In this document: in pieces, positions 37,589 through 50,980 of the stretch
Layout: every line of letters begins with the position of its first letter
Position numbering within the stretch: the first letter of the stretch is position 1
DNA from: Kudoa neothunni
Lineage: Eukaryota > Animalia > Cnidaria
Reading direction: 5' to 3'
Assembly (NCBI GenBank): GCA_964304625.1
Contig: OZ199840.1
Coordinates: 51,595 to 115,594, forward strand
DNA: 64,000 bases
Translations under genes and position numbers: made by a program
Notes under the pieces: generated by a model
Told to the model about the DNA's origin: nothing
The model's input: only the letters and a program-made list of their open reading frames with translations
Database searches by the model: none

Positions 37589-40500
37589 GCTAATTATAAA
37601 GCCTGTGACTCATGAAAAACATCCCTTTCTGCATCTTTTTTGTCTCTAATTTTTAACGATTCTTATTGATAAAATAAATAAATATAGAAAGGAAAAATTT
37701 AGGGTATACCAAAATAACTTCTAAATTTTAACCAAATCCGATTTCGAGCAAAATCGTCCCCACGTGTAATCTCCCTGTTGTTTACAAAAACTTGCCAATC
37801 TCATTATTTGTCACATATTTTAATATATTCGCTATATTAAATCGCCTAAATGATTTTCTGGCATTAAGAAATAAACGTATTTGCTAAATCCGCGTTTATT
37901 AACACGTGCTAGTCCAAAATGGAGTCGTTAAGTTATAAAGTCGATGGTGACTTTTATTTACTCATTAATGATTAAGAAAAGTTATTCCATGTACGTGTTG
38001 CTAAAGGTTATCTTTACAAAGCTCCAACTCGCTGTAGAAATTACAGGAATTTCGATTGCTTCATCCTTAGAAAGCTCAAATTAAATGATGTCAGGCCGAT
38101 AACTAAACTGTCCGCCAGTATTGGCATAGTATACGACTACGAAAATTCGGCCTCATATCGTTCTAATTTTTTATTACTTTATTATAGGTCGTTATTATTA
38201 GATTATAAAAATGGAAATGCCAAAAATTTGTTTAAAATTTAAAATTCTACCGCTTTCTCATCATTCTACCTTAATCCTCATTATGTTAGTGTAAGTTGAA
38301 TTATGTCAACGTTCTTTAATTTTAAAAAGTTTTTTTAAATTAATCTAATAGCTCGTTTGGATTCTTATAAAAATTAAATATATTGAAGAATTTTTTAATG
38401 TCATTTTGAGTTGCACTCAATCATCCTCTCTACATCTTAAGTGAATTTGAGGTATGAAGAAAGCTTACAATAGCAGGTAAAAGTCATCTATAATTTTTTT
38501 AATTTATATATTTTTTATGACAATTTTATTGTTTATTTGTGAAGTTATTGAATTATTTTTGCTGAAAAATTCGTTGGAGTTTTTGTAATTATAATATTTT
38601 TCATCATTTAATGTTGTATTCGGTAGATTATCATTAGATAAAAATCTTACGCCATAATTTATGTTATTTTGTCGTACGATAGTACGAAACCTATTCAAGG
38701 TCATGAATTCGAAATTCATTATAATTCTTATGTTTTAGTTTATTCGTAGTATATAACATAACACATTCAATGTGTGATTTTTTTTTAAATAATATAATCC
38801 CTCGAAAATCATTGAGCTTTAAAATTTTCATTTTATATAGATTTTTTCAATGATTATAAATGTAACAGTTTTATTATTCTTGATTTATTATTCATTTTTT
38901 CATAATCAGTTTGATTAAATCATTATTTCAATATATAAATTAATTAAATTAATTATTAACATTTTGTCGAATTTATTTAGCAAATATAAACATTATTTAA
39001 TAATTTTAATAATATTTATTTATGTTTTCAAAAAGATTGTTTAATAATTGGAACTTATTTCCATATATTTAGCGGACCCATTCTTCTTGTAAATAGCTCT
39101 CAAATTCGATATCACTTACTCCTCTTCTGATTCCCAATATTTTAAGTTTCAATTTGCCTCAACAGGGTTCTATCGTATTTGAGTGCTACCGTTGATACAA
39201 TAGCGTAATGAATGATTAACAGTAATGTGATTGTAACCCAATTCATCCTATTTTTGATAGGCTTTCCATTCGTCACAGTAGATCATGGTACCCTTGATAA
39301 CTTCGTTTTGACTTATAGGAAGTAATGTTTTCTTTATTTCATCTTTCAACCTTAAAATATCTGAACTCCTTAAGTTGTCTTTTTCCGTGGCTATCGACAG
39401 AGCATAAGCATAGACCAAAGACCCACGGACCATCAATCCTATTACCGTATTTTACGCGACGCGAACAATGAGTTAATTAGTTTTTAGAGAGTAAGATTAA
39501 AATCATATATACACATTCCCTCCTCGGATAATTCTTCCAGCATTTGGTTGATATTCACTGATACTACTATTTAACTAAAAATAGTCTAGTTAACCTTTTC
39601 GCATGTAATACTCGATACATCGGCTTTATGAGACAAGATTTCCTTATTTACAGAATACTACCACTTATCTCCTTTAAGATATTTACCCATGTTATTATTT
39701 CTTTTCCCTTGAAGTAAGCTTTCGTCGATTTCGACCACAAATCCTTCTCCGCCAAACGGTCTCCTATCCCTAAAGCCGCCCGAACAAATATATCGTACAT
39801 TTTTAAACCAGTTTATCCCCGTAATTTTGGATATATGTACCAATGAGCATGTGGATTCTATTTTATTATTCATAAGCCAATAATAAATTACCTTCATTAT
39901 CTGTTTTACGGTTATTTTAGAAATTTTTTTCCGACACCTCTCGAAAAGAAAGATCTTAAAGGGTGAAGACTTGGTTTTACAGCTATTACTTATGGAAAAA
40001 GTATAAAATCGTTTTATTTTATTACTCTCTACATACATGAATAGTTTTGTATTTATCAGTGCCAACAGAAAGATAGTCCTCATTAATAGTGATTTCTTTC
40101 CTATTTTTTCTTCTGGAAACGTAGAACTAATTGTGACATCTACAATTTCTACATCTCGTTGGAATTCTATTTATGAGATTTTTCGAACAAAGAAAATCGC
40201 ATAGAAGATCGCTATTATTAATCAACACAAAAAACTGATCGTCACTATCATCATTAACCATAATGAATATATACGATTTAAAGAGCTCTCATTACACTCC
40301 AACTATATCTCAAACAATGAAATACTAAAATAATATGATATTTAAAATTGTTAACCTCAAATAAAAGTTTAAAAAGCTAAATTAAGAAGTTCTATTGAAT
40401 TGAATGTAAGTAAAAGCGCACGAATTAATTCACTGAAAGTCACAGCTGTCCCAAAACACATAATGAGGATTAAGGTCGAATATTGAGCAAACAGAAGAAT

Positions 40501-42789
40501 TGTAAATTTAAAAAAAATTTGTGTCTCCGTTATTTTTTAAAATCAAATAATAACGATCTGTAACAAAATCGTAAAAAATGAGAACGATATGAGGTCGAAT
40601 TTTCGTAGCCGTATGTTATCAATACAAGTCCGTCTATGACAGAAATAACATCGATTATTCCTTCACATACCTATGTAAAAAGTAATATTTTATCTCAATT
40701 CGTTGCTTTAAATACAATTGGTGTAAAACTATTCTCCCCTCCCCCAAAATGGAACATTTTTTCAAACTCTCTTATACGCGTCCCGTCCCAAAACCCAACA
40801 TTGATATGATGTTTTTAAAATATAATATCGCTGGTGTATAGATGAAACTATTATAACTACAATTAAAAAAGATTAGTTAAGTATGTCTACAGTTTTAGCG
40901 TGGTTCAAAAAATCCGACAACTCTGCAAATCACCCTTCGAGAACAGAAACAAAATTGGTGGATAAGGTTTCATTGTAGAAATTGATGAATGCCTCCTTCA
41001 CGAAAGAAGAAAATAAAATCGGGGTCGAATTCTTAACGGAGATGCATGGAAAACGTCTCAAAATAAAGAATTCTTAGAGTCAAGTACTGAATCTCGAATT
41101 TGATATAATGAATTATATAACGTATTTCTTTTACTTAGTAGATGCCGACGATGGAGGTGTTAGCGATTATTTCCCTTCAGAAGTTGAATTTTTTGATAAA
41201 TCCTTCGACAGTATTTTATGATGTCACCATTTTATTAAATAACGTAAATAGAAGCGGAATTCGGCGACACTTTTGCCCATAATCGAAAGAGAAATCCACA
41301 AAGGATCAACCTTAGCCAGTGATGAATGGTCCACCAATAATGGTACACGTGAACTTGGCTATGATCATGTTAAGGTCAACCACTCGAAGGGATACGTGCA
41401 GAATGGCCCCAATACAAATACTATCGAACGATGCCGGGGGAGGCTAAAAACAAAATTTCTTCGCGTGAAACGGGGAGTATCATTCTCAAATTTTGTGGAA
41501 TACCTTATTGAAGAATGATACCAATTTATCATGGGCGAAGAAATAAATCTTTTCAACAACTTTTTAAGAACAATTTATCTTTGTTTTAATTAGATTATTG
41601 TAAATTTGTTTTTAAAAATATTCATATTTAAGTCTTTTTTTCTATGTTCAAATGTCGATGTTAACATAAATGGATAAATAAACTATTCCAATACGATAGG
41701 TTAGTTATTTAAGAATTCATTATATAAACTAATATTTACCACAACATTTTCTGAATTTAATTAGGGCAAAATTTTAATAAGTGAACAATTTTTATATAAA
41801 AATAATTAAATGCTTATGTACACTTAGGAAATCAACCAGCTGAATAACGTCATTTAAAAATATCACAGAAAATTTTGTATAATGGAAGAATTTTTCTTTT
41901 AAATTCACTAACATGGAGATTTGGAAATCTGATATGGATTATTTGACGAAAGATTCAAAAAATTATATAGTTCATTTATGACACTTGAATAATTCTATAT
42001 TCGCATCCTCGAAAAAATATTATATTTACATAATATCAGTTATTAAGTGTTATTATAAAATGTTTTTCCAACGTTTCAGATTTTTTAAATTTACTCAAAT
42101 AGAGTAGTCGAGAATCTTGTGTATGACACTTTATTATTAATATTGGAATAATCTACATAACCTTAAAAATCGTCAATTTTATATTTGGTATAATTGCTGT
42201 ATTATATTAATTATTTCATGACAAACTTAACAGTTTATAATTTTTTTTAGAAGATAATGGACACATTAAAATGTCAACTTTTAAAGTTAAATAATATTTA
42301 AATATTTCATGATCGCATTTTCATACAAATGCAGTCATTTAAATTTATTGAGGAAATATAAATTTACAAAAAAAAATTAAAAACTAAACATGATGTTTTA
42401 GCATAATAAATCACTATGAGATTTACATTTCATCGATTGGATATGAGCAAATTGATTTGCTCAGTGAGTAAAATGTAACACCATTTTAATGAGTATTTAA
42501 ATTATCTTTTTGGTCAAATAATTATCTTAAAAATAATTTAAGTGATTTAATATAACGAATATGTTAAAATATGCGACAAATGATGAAATTCGCTAATTTT
42601 TGTAAACAAATGGGAGATTACACGTAGGGACGATTTTGATCAAAGTGAGATATGGTTAAAATTTAGAAGTTATTTTTTATACCTAAATTTTTCCCTTCTA
42701 TATTTATTTATTTTATTAATAAGAATCGTAAAAAATTAGAGACAACAAAGATGCGCAAAGGGGTGTTTTTAGGAGTCGCAGTCTTTATA
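37589..42789 (+). mobile_element. Merlin/IS1595(ISXO2)-like element with ~270 bp TIRs, interrupted by a nested element
   Basis: 37589-37860 is an imperfect inverted repeat of about 42530-42789. Plus-strand remnants KIGG.GFIVEIDECL, LLPIIEREIHKGSTLASDEWS, HVKVNHSKGYV and NTNTIER are ISXO2-type DDE motifs. Confidence 0.85.
38135..40610 (-). mobile_element. Second Merlin-like element nested in the opposite orientation
   Basis: ~150 bp inverted repeats at 38135-38287 and 40459-40610 (GGCTACGAAAATTCGACCTC terminus). Minus-strand ORFs GGEGFVVEIDESLLQGKR and LLPISQNEVIKGTMIYCDEWKAY. Confidence 0.8.
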
Positions 42790-43590
42790 CAGTCGGTGAT
42801 CACTAATTCGTAATGGGGCTTGTGCGCGCGCAATAAAAATAAAATGAAAGGCTGACTTTTATTGATTCATCGATTTAAGAATATTCATAATTTAGATCAA
42901 AACTAAAAAATAATAAAGCACTCTTTGGCGAGCCAAAAATAATTGTTATAATGGAAATAATATTATTAAGAACTTTTGGGTTTCATCTGATGTATGTAAA
43001 ACAATTTATTCGAAACAAAAATAACCATGTTTTGGAATCATTTACGAGGCGTTAATTAATAGAACTGCGCGGTCTTATCGACACTATATATTTGATCCTC
43101 GTAATTTTCAAGCATTTAAAGAAGTTGAGTGTTCTAATCTGAAATGATTCCTATGGGTACCACGCTAGCTTCGACATGAAAACTGTTTTTTTTAACTTGA
43201 ACCTATTTTTAAAGCCACGAATCTAATCTATAGCTAACATTTTTGAAATCATTTCCAGAAGAATCAATCTCATTTCGTTTGTTAATTATTTCGATGAACG
43301 ATAATTCGATACTTTTCGACCTCATCGAAACGAACCACTCACACACACGTTGATCAGCATGTTCATCTTTTCCATTCTGCATTGATCTTCGTATAGCTAG
43401 ATGCAATTTACTTACAAATGCCTGTTCAATTTGAGTCTTATCTAAAATGCCATTTAAAGTTGAAATATAATCTATTTTGAAGTGTTTAATAGTTTGCATC
43501 ATTCTATTTGTTAAGTATTTGTTTATGTATTCATAAACTTCGCTAAAGTTAGAACACTTTTGCTAATCTGAACGCGGTCCATTTTTAATC
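42790..43590 (-). mobile_element. Tigger/pogo remnant (CENP-B-type HTH)
   Basis: Begins TA-CAGTC at the Merlin terminus. ORF 43209-43502 contains HADQRVCEWFVSMRSKSIELSFIEIINK...DSWL. Absent from the paralogous spacer at 62585. Confidence 0.6.
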
Positions 43591-44416
43591 TGTGTTTTTC
43601 TCACAAATCTACATACATATTTCTCTGTATGGCCTACCCTTTTTAACTCATAGCTGTCTTATTGACTATTTATTTTACCCATGACCAGGATTTACAAGTA
43701 TCAAAGACGAGTGCTCAAATTATCGTAAAGTCCCCTTTGATCTAAATATAATTAGTTTTGTGCTAGTACTGATAAATAATATTAAATATGATCATAATTT
43801 TGTTACGAAACTGATTCATTACATTTGTTCTACAAAATGTTACAATCAGACATGCACGGAACTTGTAAACGTAGCCAATCAACGTGTAAAAAAAGAATCA
43901 AATATATTGCTCTATACATAATATAGATGTTTTAATTCCGGCTGTAAACAATGTGAAATATAAAAGGATTTTAAATGAATGTATACTGCATTTTTATTAT
44001 AATAAATGTATATATTACTAGTAATATCAGATTTAACATAACGTTGTGGATCGGTAGGATCACTTCATATTCAATTTGTGCAGAGGTCACCTTACCATTA
44101 CATAACGAACTCAATCTGATACTTGAATCTAAGTATACGCACAATTATAGTAACATTTTCGGAAAAGCTCATGCAAATCTACAATGTATGGCCAATAAAT
44201 AGATCGCGCCCTTATTTTTTGACGAAATATTTGGTAAAAAGTTTGCGACCAAAACGCGATTATATACAATAAATATTAAATCAGATTTTTTGATCTGAAC
44301 ACTTAATAATTTGAATTATTGATAAATAAAGGCGTGGTTAAAAATATCGGAGCATAAATTAAATAATCGAAATTTCACTAACTAGATAGTAGGGAAAAAT
44401 TCGTAAATATGGGAGT

Positions 44417-47400
44417 TTATTTTTTCTTCTTGAAAACCACGAAACCAATAGCACCCATGATCATAGCTCCAATAGCGGCTACTGCAATTATTCTAAAACA
44501 ATACCAGTTAAATTGTAAGAACACAATAAATTAATACATGACCATGGTTTTAGAACTAAATACAAAATTTATTTATTTTAAAAATATTAATTAATAAACC
44601 TTGAACTGCTTTTTTGCTCCTAAAAGTTACAATTTAAATTATTTTCGAAGTAATAATGCTTTACTTGCTCAATCGTAGCCGTCCCATAAACTGTTTTATC
44701 GGTGGAACTGTACACAGTCAAATGATAATTGTTGCCATCTGCTAATCCACTGATAGTGAATGATTTGCATGGGGGGAATCTTTTACATCCTTTATCCCTT
44801 GGACTCATGCATTTTTTAATAATTGCTATCGATTTGGTACTCGCGTTACGTAATTCCCATTTACATTTGGATTTTTCATTAAGACTAGATGGTAGGGTGT
44901 TTTCTATAACAAATGAATCACCATCCCTTGTTATTGTTACATATATTATTTTGTCGTTTTCTGTGGGATTCCCCTTTGGAGCAGCTATTTATTTTAAATA
45001 TTACATATAATAATAATAATATCGAAAATATTTTTACTAGCTACTAAAGTAATTTCATTTCTCTCTGATTTTCCCACTGCAGTAATAGACACTTTATACT
45101 CTTCATTTGCATCATAGTCGTTGAATTTAATAGAGCTGCACAATGGAAACGAAGAGCATGTGTTTGAATTGACCGGGCTCGCAGTTGTATCGACTGTCGT
45201 AGTTGGAGTGACATCTGTATCAGTTTCAATTTGGGTATTAGATTCAGATCTTGCAATTTTTAATCCATTAACTTCTGATTTTAGACTTTGAATTTTACTA
45301 GTACCAGTTTGTGGTTGGTCGGTATTAGAATTGGATTCGGCTGGTGAGCTTGGTGGAGTATTTTGAGTTTCTGGTGCAGCTGCCGGTGCCTGTGATGCTT
45401 CGCAGACGTAAACATCTTCAAACCCGTCATCTTTTTTTATTTGGATTGTATAATGACAAATGGCTTCTGGGACTTTTTTGGACAATTGTGCATTTAATTC
45501 CAATCCTTGCTCAGTGTATTTTTGAGTTATTCTCAAGGTCGCCAGATCTAGATTGAGTTGAATAAGTTAATATTTTGATATACATATATACTAGTTGTAA
45601 CATTTTCATATATGTGTTCCTTGTAATCCTTATCAGCAATGACCTTAACGTCGTAAGAAGTATTTGGTTCAAGATCAACAATAGTTATTGATTCTCTACA
45701 TCTTCCTCTACAGGGGTTAGTTTCAGTACATTTAGCGGTGGTGAAAATGTATTTTTCCCAGTTGGACTTATATAATACTCACAGTTTGGTTCTTCATTTT
45801 TATTTGTCCTCTGGTTCGCCTCCAATAGCAGTTAGTGTAGTTCTAGATTCTGTCATAGCAGGGGCAGTTTCTTGGAAATTTTTATCTTCCGTTTTATCTA
45901 TTAATGATTATTAGTTTTAATGCTTTTTAATTTCAAATTATTACTTGTCCATATCAATATTTGTTCGTTTAAGGAAGTTGGATTGCTGTTACCAGTTAAT
46001 GCGACTTCAAGAATATAAGGTTTTCCTGCAGTTAATCCTTCAATTACTAATTTTTCGCAGCTAGCTTTACAATCATTATTATTAGTACTTCTGTAATTTT
46101 CGCCACATTGAGTGATAGATGGATCTTTTTTAATATTGTCAGCTGGGTAATGTTTTAAAGTGCAACCAGTAAACTGTGTGCCTGATCCTGGCTTAAAAAC
46201 TGCTGCGTCAAAAGATACACCTTTATTGGTATAATCTGACAACAAACCGTTTCCAGTCTCCGATATTGCTAAAAAATTTATAAAAGTTAATATTGACTAA
46301 AATAAATTACGAAATTTATTTTGAGAAAACCCATCTAATTCACTAATAGAAATTTTGAAAGATCGTGATTTCTGGTTTGAATTAGAACATTATATATTTC
46401 TTTTTCTGCAGTTAGAGTAAGCTCAACGTCTTTGCATGGTGCGTAACACTTTCCTGCAGTATTTCCACAGTTTGATTCGAATTGTTGGCTATTTTCTGCA
46501 GATGTACCATCTTTAATACCAAAAACACAGATCTCAGATGATAGTGTTAAATCTGTGAATTTAAGAACAACTTGATTAGGAGCTCCTGTCTTTTTAGTCA
46601 CATAATACTGAGGTTCATAAATAGCCATATTTTTCTTCATATATTCGTTTGGCATATGATAAAAAAAACTTGGATAATTCTGACACCTCATCTCATAATG
46701 AGGAACTAGTGTATCAAACTCCACAGTGTTTTGTTGATTATCCCCGTCGCAACTTGATCCTACGGCTCCTCCCGCGAACGTGGCGTCTTTGTAATGGATG
46801 GGGCACGCAACTGGAGGACAAGTTTTTGATAAGAGTTTAAGTTTTTTGTTCTCATCAACAGATATTATTGCTTGGGGATTTACCAGTAACGCTAAATTGA
46901 ATAATATTATTTATTGATTCATATTTTTTTAGATTACGTATGGCCAATCCAAACACTTTTCCACCTTTTGGATATGTGTCTTCTTTAACTGTAGCCTCAA
47001 TAGTATTATCATATACATACATGTATTTTGTTCTTGGAGAGAACTTATTGTATGAAACTTTGCTAGCTTGACTATTGCAATCTATCACGCATTTGGTGTT
47101 TTCACCATTATTATTCCCAGGGCACTCAGTTATTTCTCCATACGCGGCTGCTTCTGTCGATCCACCCACGTTTGCTGCTGTATTGGATATCAATATACGA
47201 CACTTTTTTCCTTCGCCATAACTTGACCCAACAAGTATATGTTTTACTTTATTTGAATTACTAGCATCACCGTATTCAATTTGGTATTTGAGTGTAGCTG
47301 TAGATTCAGGCACTGTCGCATTTTTAATCATACAAAAGAATGCGACTTGCATGACTAATAAAAATTCATGATTGATAATAAAAAATTAGATACATAAGAG

Positions 47401-47427
47401 GCAAAGCAAAAATTTATCTTTAACCAT
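44417..47427 (-). pseudogene. Array copy 4 (B-type flank); frameshifted as assembled
   Basis: Full-length paralogue with small indels near 46870, 46730-46770, 46352, 45740 and 44664. Ends FKKKK-TAA. Confidence 0.7.
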
Positions 47428-49873
47428 TATAAAGGTAAAGAAAAACAACAAATAGAACTGAATAAAATGAATACTATAATAAGCCGATACATGTATCGAA
47501 TAAAAAGCCTATTGAAACGACAATATAGTTAAAATCTTAATTCTTATTTACTATTAAATTAATAATTATGAATTTTATATAGCTATTAAAATGCTGAAAA
47601 TTGCAAATTGAAACAATTATTTTATTATATAGCTCAAATAAATTCGATAATACTTATTATCTCTTGTTCACTCCGCCATAATAAATCCAAGGAAAAAATT
47701 AATCGATTGGACCAACCATTAGTGGATTCACAAACGAGTTAAATAATGTTAAATTTCATGAACGATATTTACATTGACGTCATATAAGGTCATCCCAGGT
47801 ATAAATAATATGAATAATTGGTAAAAATATTTATTCTTCTTCATTACGAATAAATCAATCATCTAGATAGATACAAATATTAGACGACTTGTGTTACGTT
47901 TGTGTGTCAATATTGAGATCATTATAAATTTTGAAATTTGTTACTGTAAACATTATTTTCATTAAATATATTTGTAACAACCTATAATTTTAAGTAATTA
48001 TAGATCAACATGTTGCAACCTTAATTTCTAACCAACATACATACAAGATAAATTAATTAAGTCATATTTTCCCTTACCAGAATTATCTATAGTCCCCACT
48101 TTGGTTTTTGGGGATCACTTTTATAATATTTTGGGTTAATTATATCCGTAAGTATTTATAAAAAATTATATAGCCATAAATGGAAGAAATCCTATTTTTA
48201 TAGAAATATCAAAGTATTTTCGTACGGTTGAAAAATAAAAAGGAAGTTGTTTATCGGATCCTATTTAATCTTGCGATTTCCGACGTTTTTATATGCACAT
48301 ATAATAACTTCCATGATATTCTATCATAATTTTTCCTTTTATATTAATTCCATTTTTATAAATATAAATTGAATTTTACTTTAATTGAGATGGTTAACAT
48401 TATTTCACAATCCGTTTATACACTTACCTAAATAGCTTGGTCTAATTTATTTGTCACATCACATTCCATGTATTGTTCTAATTAATATTATAAAGTTTTT
48501 TTTAAATATTACTATACCAAGCTCTTTTATATTCGAAAAATAATTATTTATTTTTTAAGAAATCCCATGAAAAGATCAATAAACTGGATACTCCAAATAA
48601 TTTTAATCCAGTTAAAATTTTAAAAAATAATTTACAAATTTTATATTTACAAAATAACGTTTTCGTTTTAAATTAAAATTTTATTATCTAAAATATTGAC
48701 CAGAAAAACGAAATACATTCCATATGTCAAATATTTCATTCAATAATTCCTATACTCGAAATCATATCGGCCATTGTATTTCCAATCTAAAGAAGTATTA
48801 AGTGTAGACAACAATCAAAAAACTATCCTTATTTAAAGCTAAAATATTTTATAGTATTTCTTATTAGATTACTGCGACTCCAACATTATTGCGAGACAAT
48901 TATTAAAATGTAATTTGTATCCAAGCGATACTACAGAACGTTAGCTTGAAATAATGACAAAATATTGTTTTTTAGTATTGAAAATCAAAATCAAATCTCT
49001 TGAATATGTAATAAGTCATAAATATATATTAAACATGCATTTATCAATTAAAAACTGTTTCATCAATGATCATTGTAACCTTATGAACCGTAAACAATCG
49101 CGTATTATAGGTCGCAATCCAAATTATTGGTGTGTAAATTGGGGGTTTTCAATAGACCTACAGATCGGTCGTTCTGGAATTTTAGATGTTGAACGCCATC
49201 CATAAAATAAATATTCTGTTGTATTTAGCTTCATTTAAAAAATCTTCTTGTAAATATTAGAATGCTTTTAAGATAACTACAAATTATAAGACTATAAAAC
49301 GTAATTAAAATAAAAGATTTTATTTCTTTATAATATGATCAGTTGTTATTAAAAGTCAGCAGAACTGGACTTTGAGAATTCATCATTATTATTATTATCA
49401 CTTTCAGGATTCAGCAACAGTTGGTCGTTTGATATTACATTGTCATTAGTGACCATATCACAGTACATTCAAACCCGGATTATCCAGAAAATTTGGGGCC
49501 GCGAGGTTCCAGATAACCGAACATAAACAATTTCGTTCTCGCGCGCATTTTTTAAATTTCTACTTAAAGGATTCTTTACTTGATTAATAATCAATTTTTT
49601 ACTATTTATATAATGAAATTTTTTTAATTTCTTACACTTAAATTCAAAATGTTGACATATCTATTAATGAAGAATAAGGAGGCTTGATTTAAAGGAAAAA
49701 TAGTACATAATAATGGCAGTTTTTACACGTCTACAGAGGAGTAACGTATTTTTTTAACAATCGATATTTAATTTTTGTTTATTATATCTACAGGCATGTG
49801 CTTAGATATAGTAAAAATTAATATAAGAACTGGATGCTTAATTTAAGTTTTAAAAGATAAATTTATTACTAAA

Positions 49874-50734
49874 CTAGCTGGGAACTGCCCAGCGTTGCTT
49901 GGGGATGATTTCGCCTAGAGGCATTTTTTAATAGCATTCAAAAAATATATTGAAATCTCGAATTAATCCATAGAAACAAAATAACTAAAAATTTTTAAGC
50001 AAATTACTATAACGATTTGGATTTTGCAATTTAAATTATGGTAATTTCTGTGAAGGAAAGTATCAATCCCTGTGTCCATTTAAAAATTCCGTGACTCGGC
50101 CCCAACTCTAAACAAGTTAAGGTCAGCGTTGTATTTTTTTCATTCCTAATTATTTAAATCCCGTTAAAGTGTTATCTAAAACGTTATTTTTTGGCCTGGA
50201 GGATTTTTAAAAGTCGAATTCTGATCCGGCTCGGTAACTGTGTGTACCACTAACTTTTTAAGAGATAAAAAAATAGAAAAAATAAAAGAGATAGAAGAAA
50301 ACTTACGAAAATTAATCGATATTGCTAAAATTAGCATCGTTTAGCTCGGAATAAACCTACATGCGCTTTTATCATAAACAACCACAAATCGCGTCGACTT
50401 CAACATAAACAATTTAAATAATTTGGTGAAATAAAAGTACAACCATCCGCATTGAATTTAATCTCGTCAACTAAAACTTAGCAGACGATCTAATGAAACC
50501 TATGAACGCAGTATTTCTATTATAACGCTTCAATCAATGTAACTTTAACGTTCTCCACGAATTCGTTATTTATGAAACATATATAGATTTTTTACCACAT
50601 TGAAAACAATTAATAGAACTTATAAAATATACTTATCAAGTCATATACGTTAAAACTCCGCAAATAAGGAGTGTGTTTAAACAGACACCCAAATAGAAAT
50701 GCCAACCTTTATATATATATATATATATAAAGGA
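49874..50734 (-). mobile_element. Helitron, second copy with internal deletion
   Basis: Near-identical to 30244-31080, then jumps from the internal (TA)n to the terminal TA run. Confidence 0.75.
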
Positions 50735-50980
50735 TTTCTTAGATTGATTATAATTTTTAGGACGAATTTTAGGATTTTGATATTTTATACCTTAGTGGTA
50801 TTATAATCACGTGAGGAAGAGAAATATTCATAAAAGACTAAAAATTGAATTATACTATACTATTAAAAAACAAAAATAGTTATTTATAAATAAAAATGTT
50901 TTGAAAATATAACACTATTAGCTGTATAATCTAAATTTCTATGGTTAGATTTTAGGGTAATAATTCGTAAATATGAGCGT

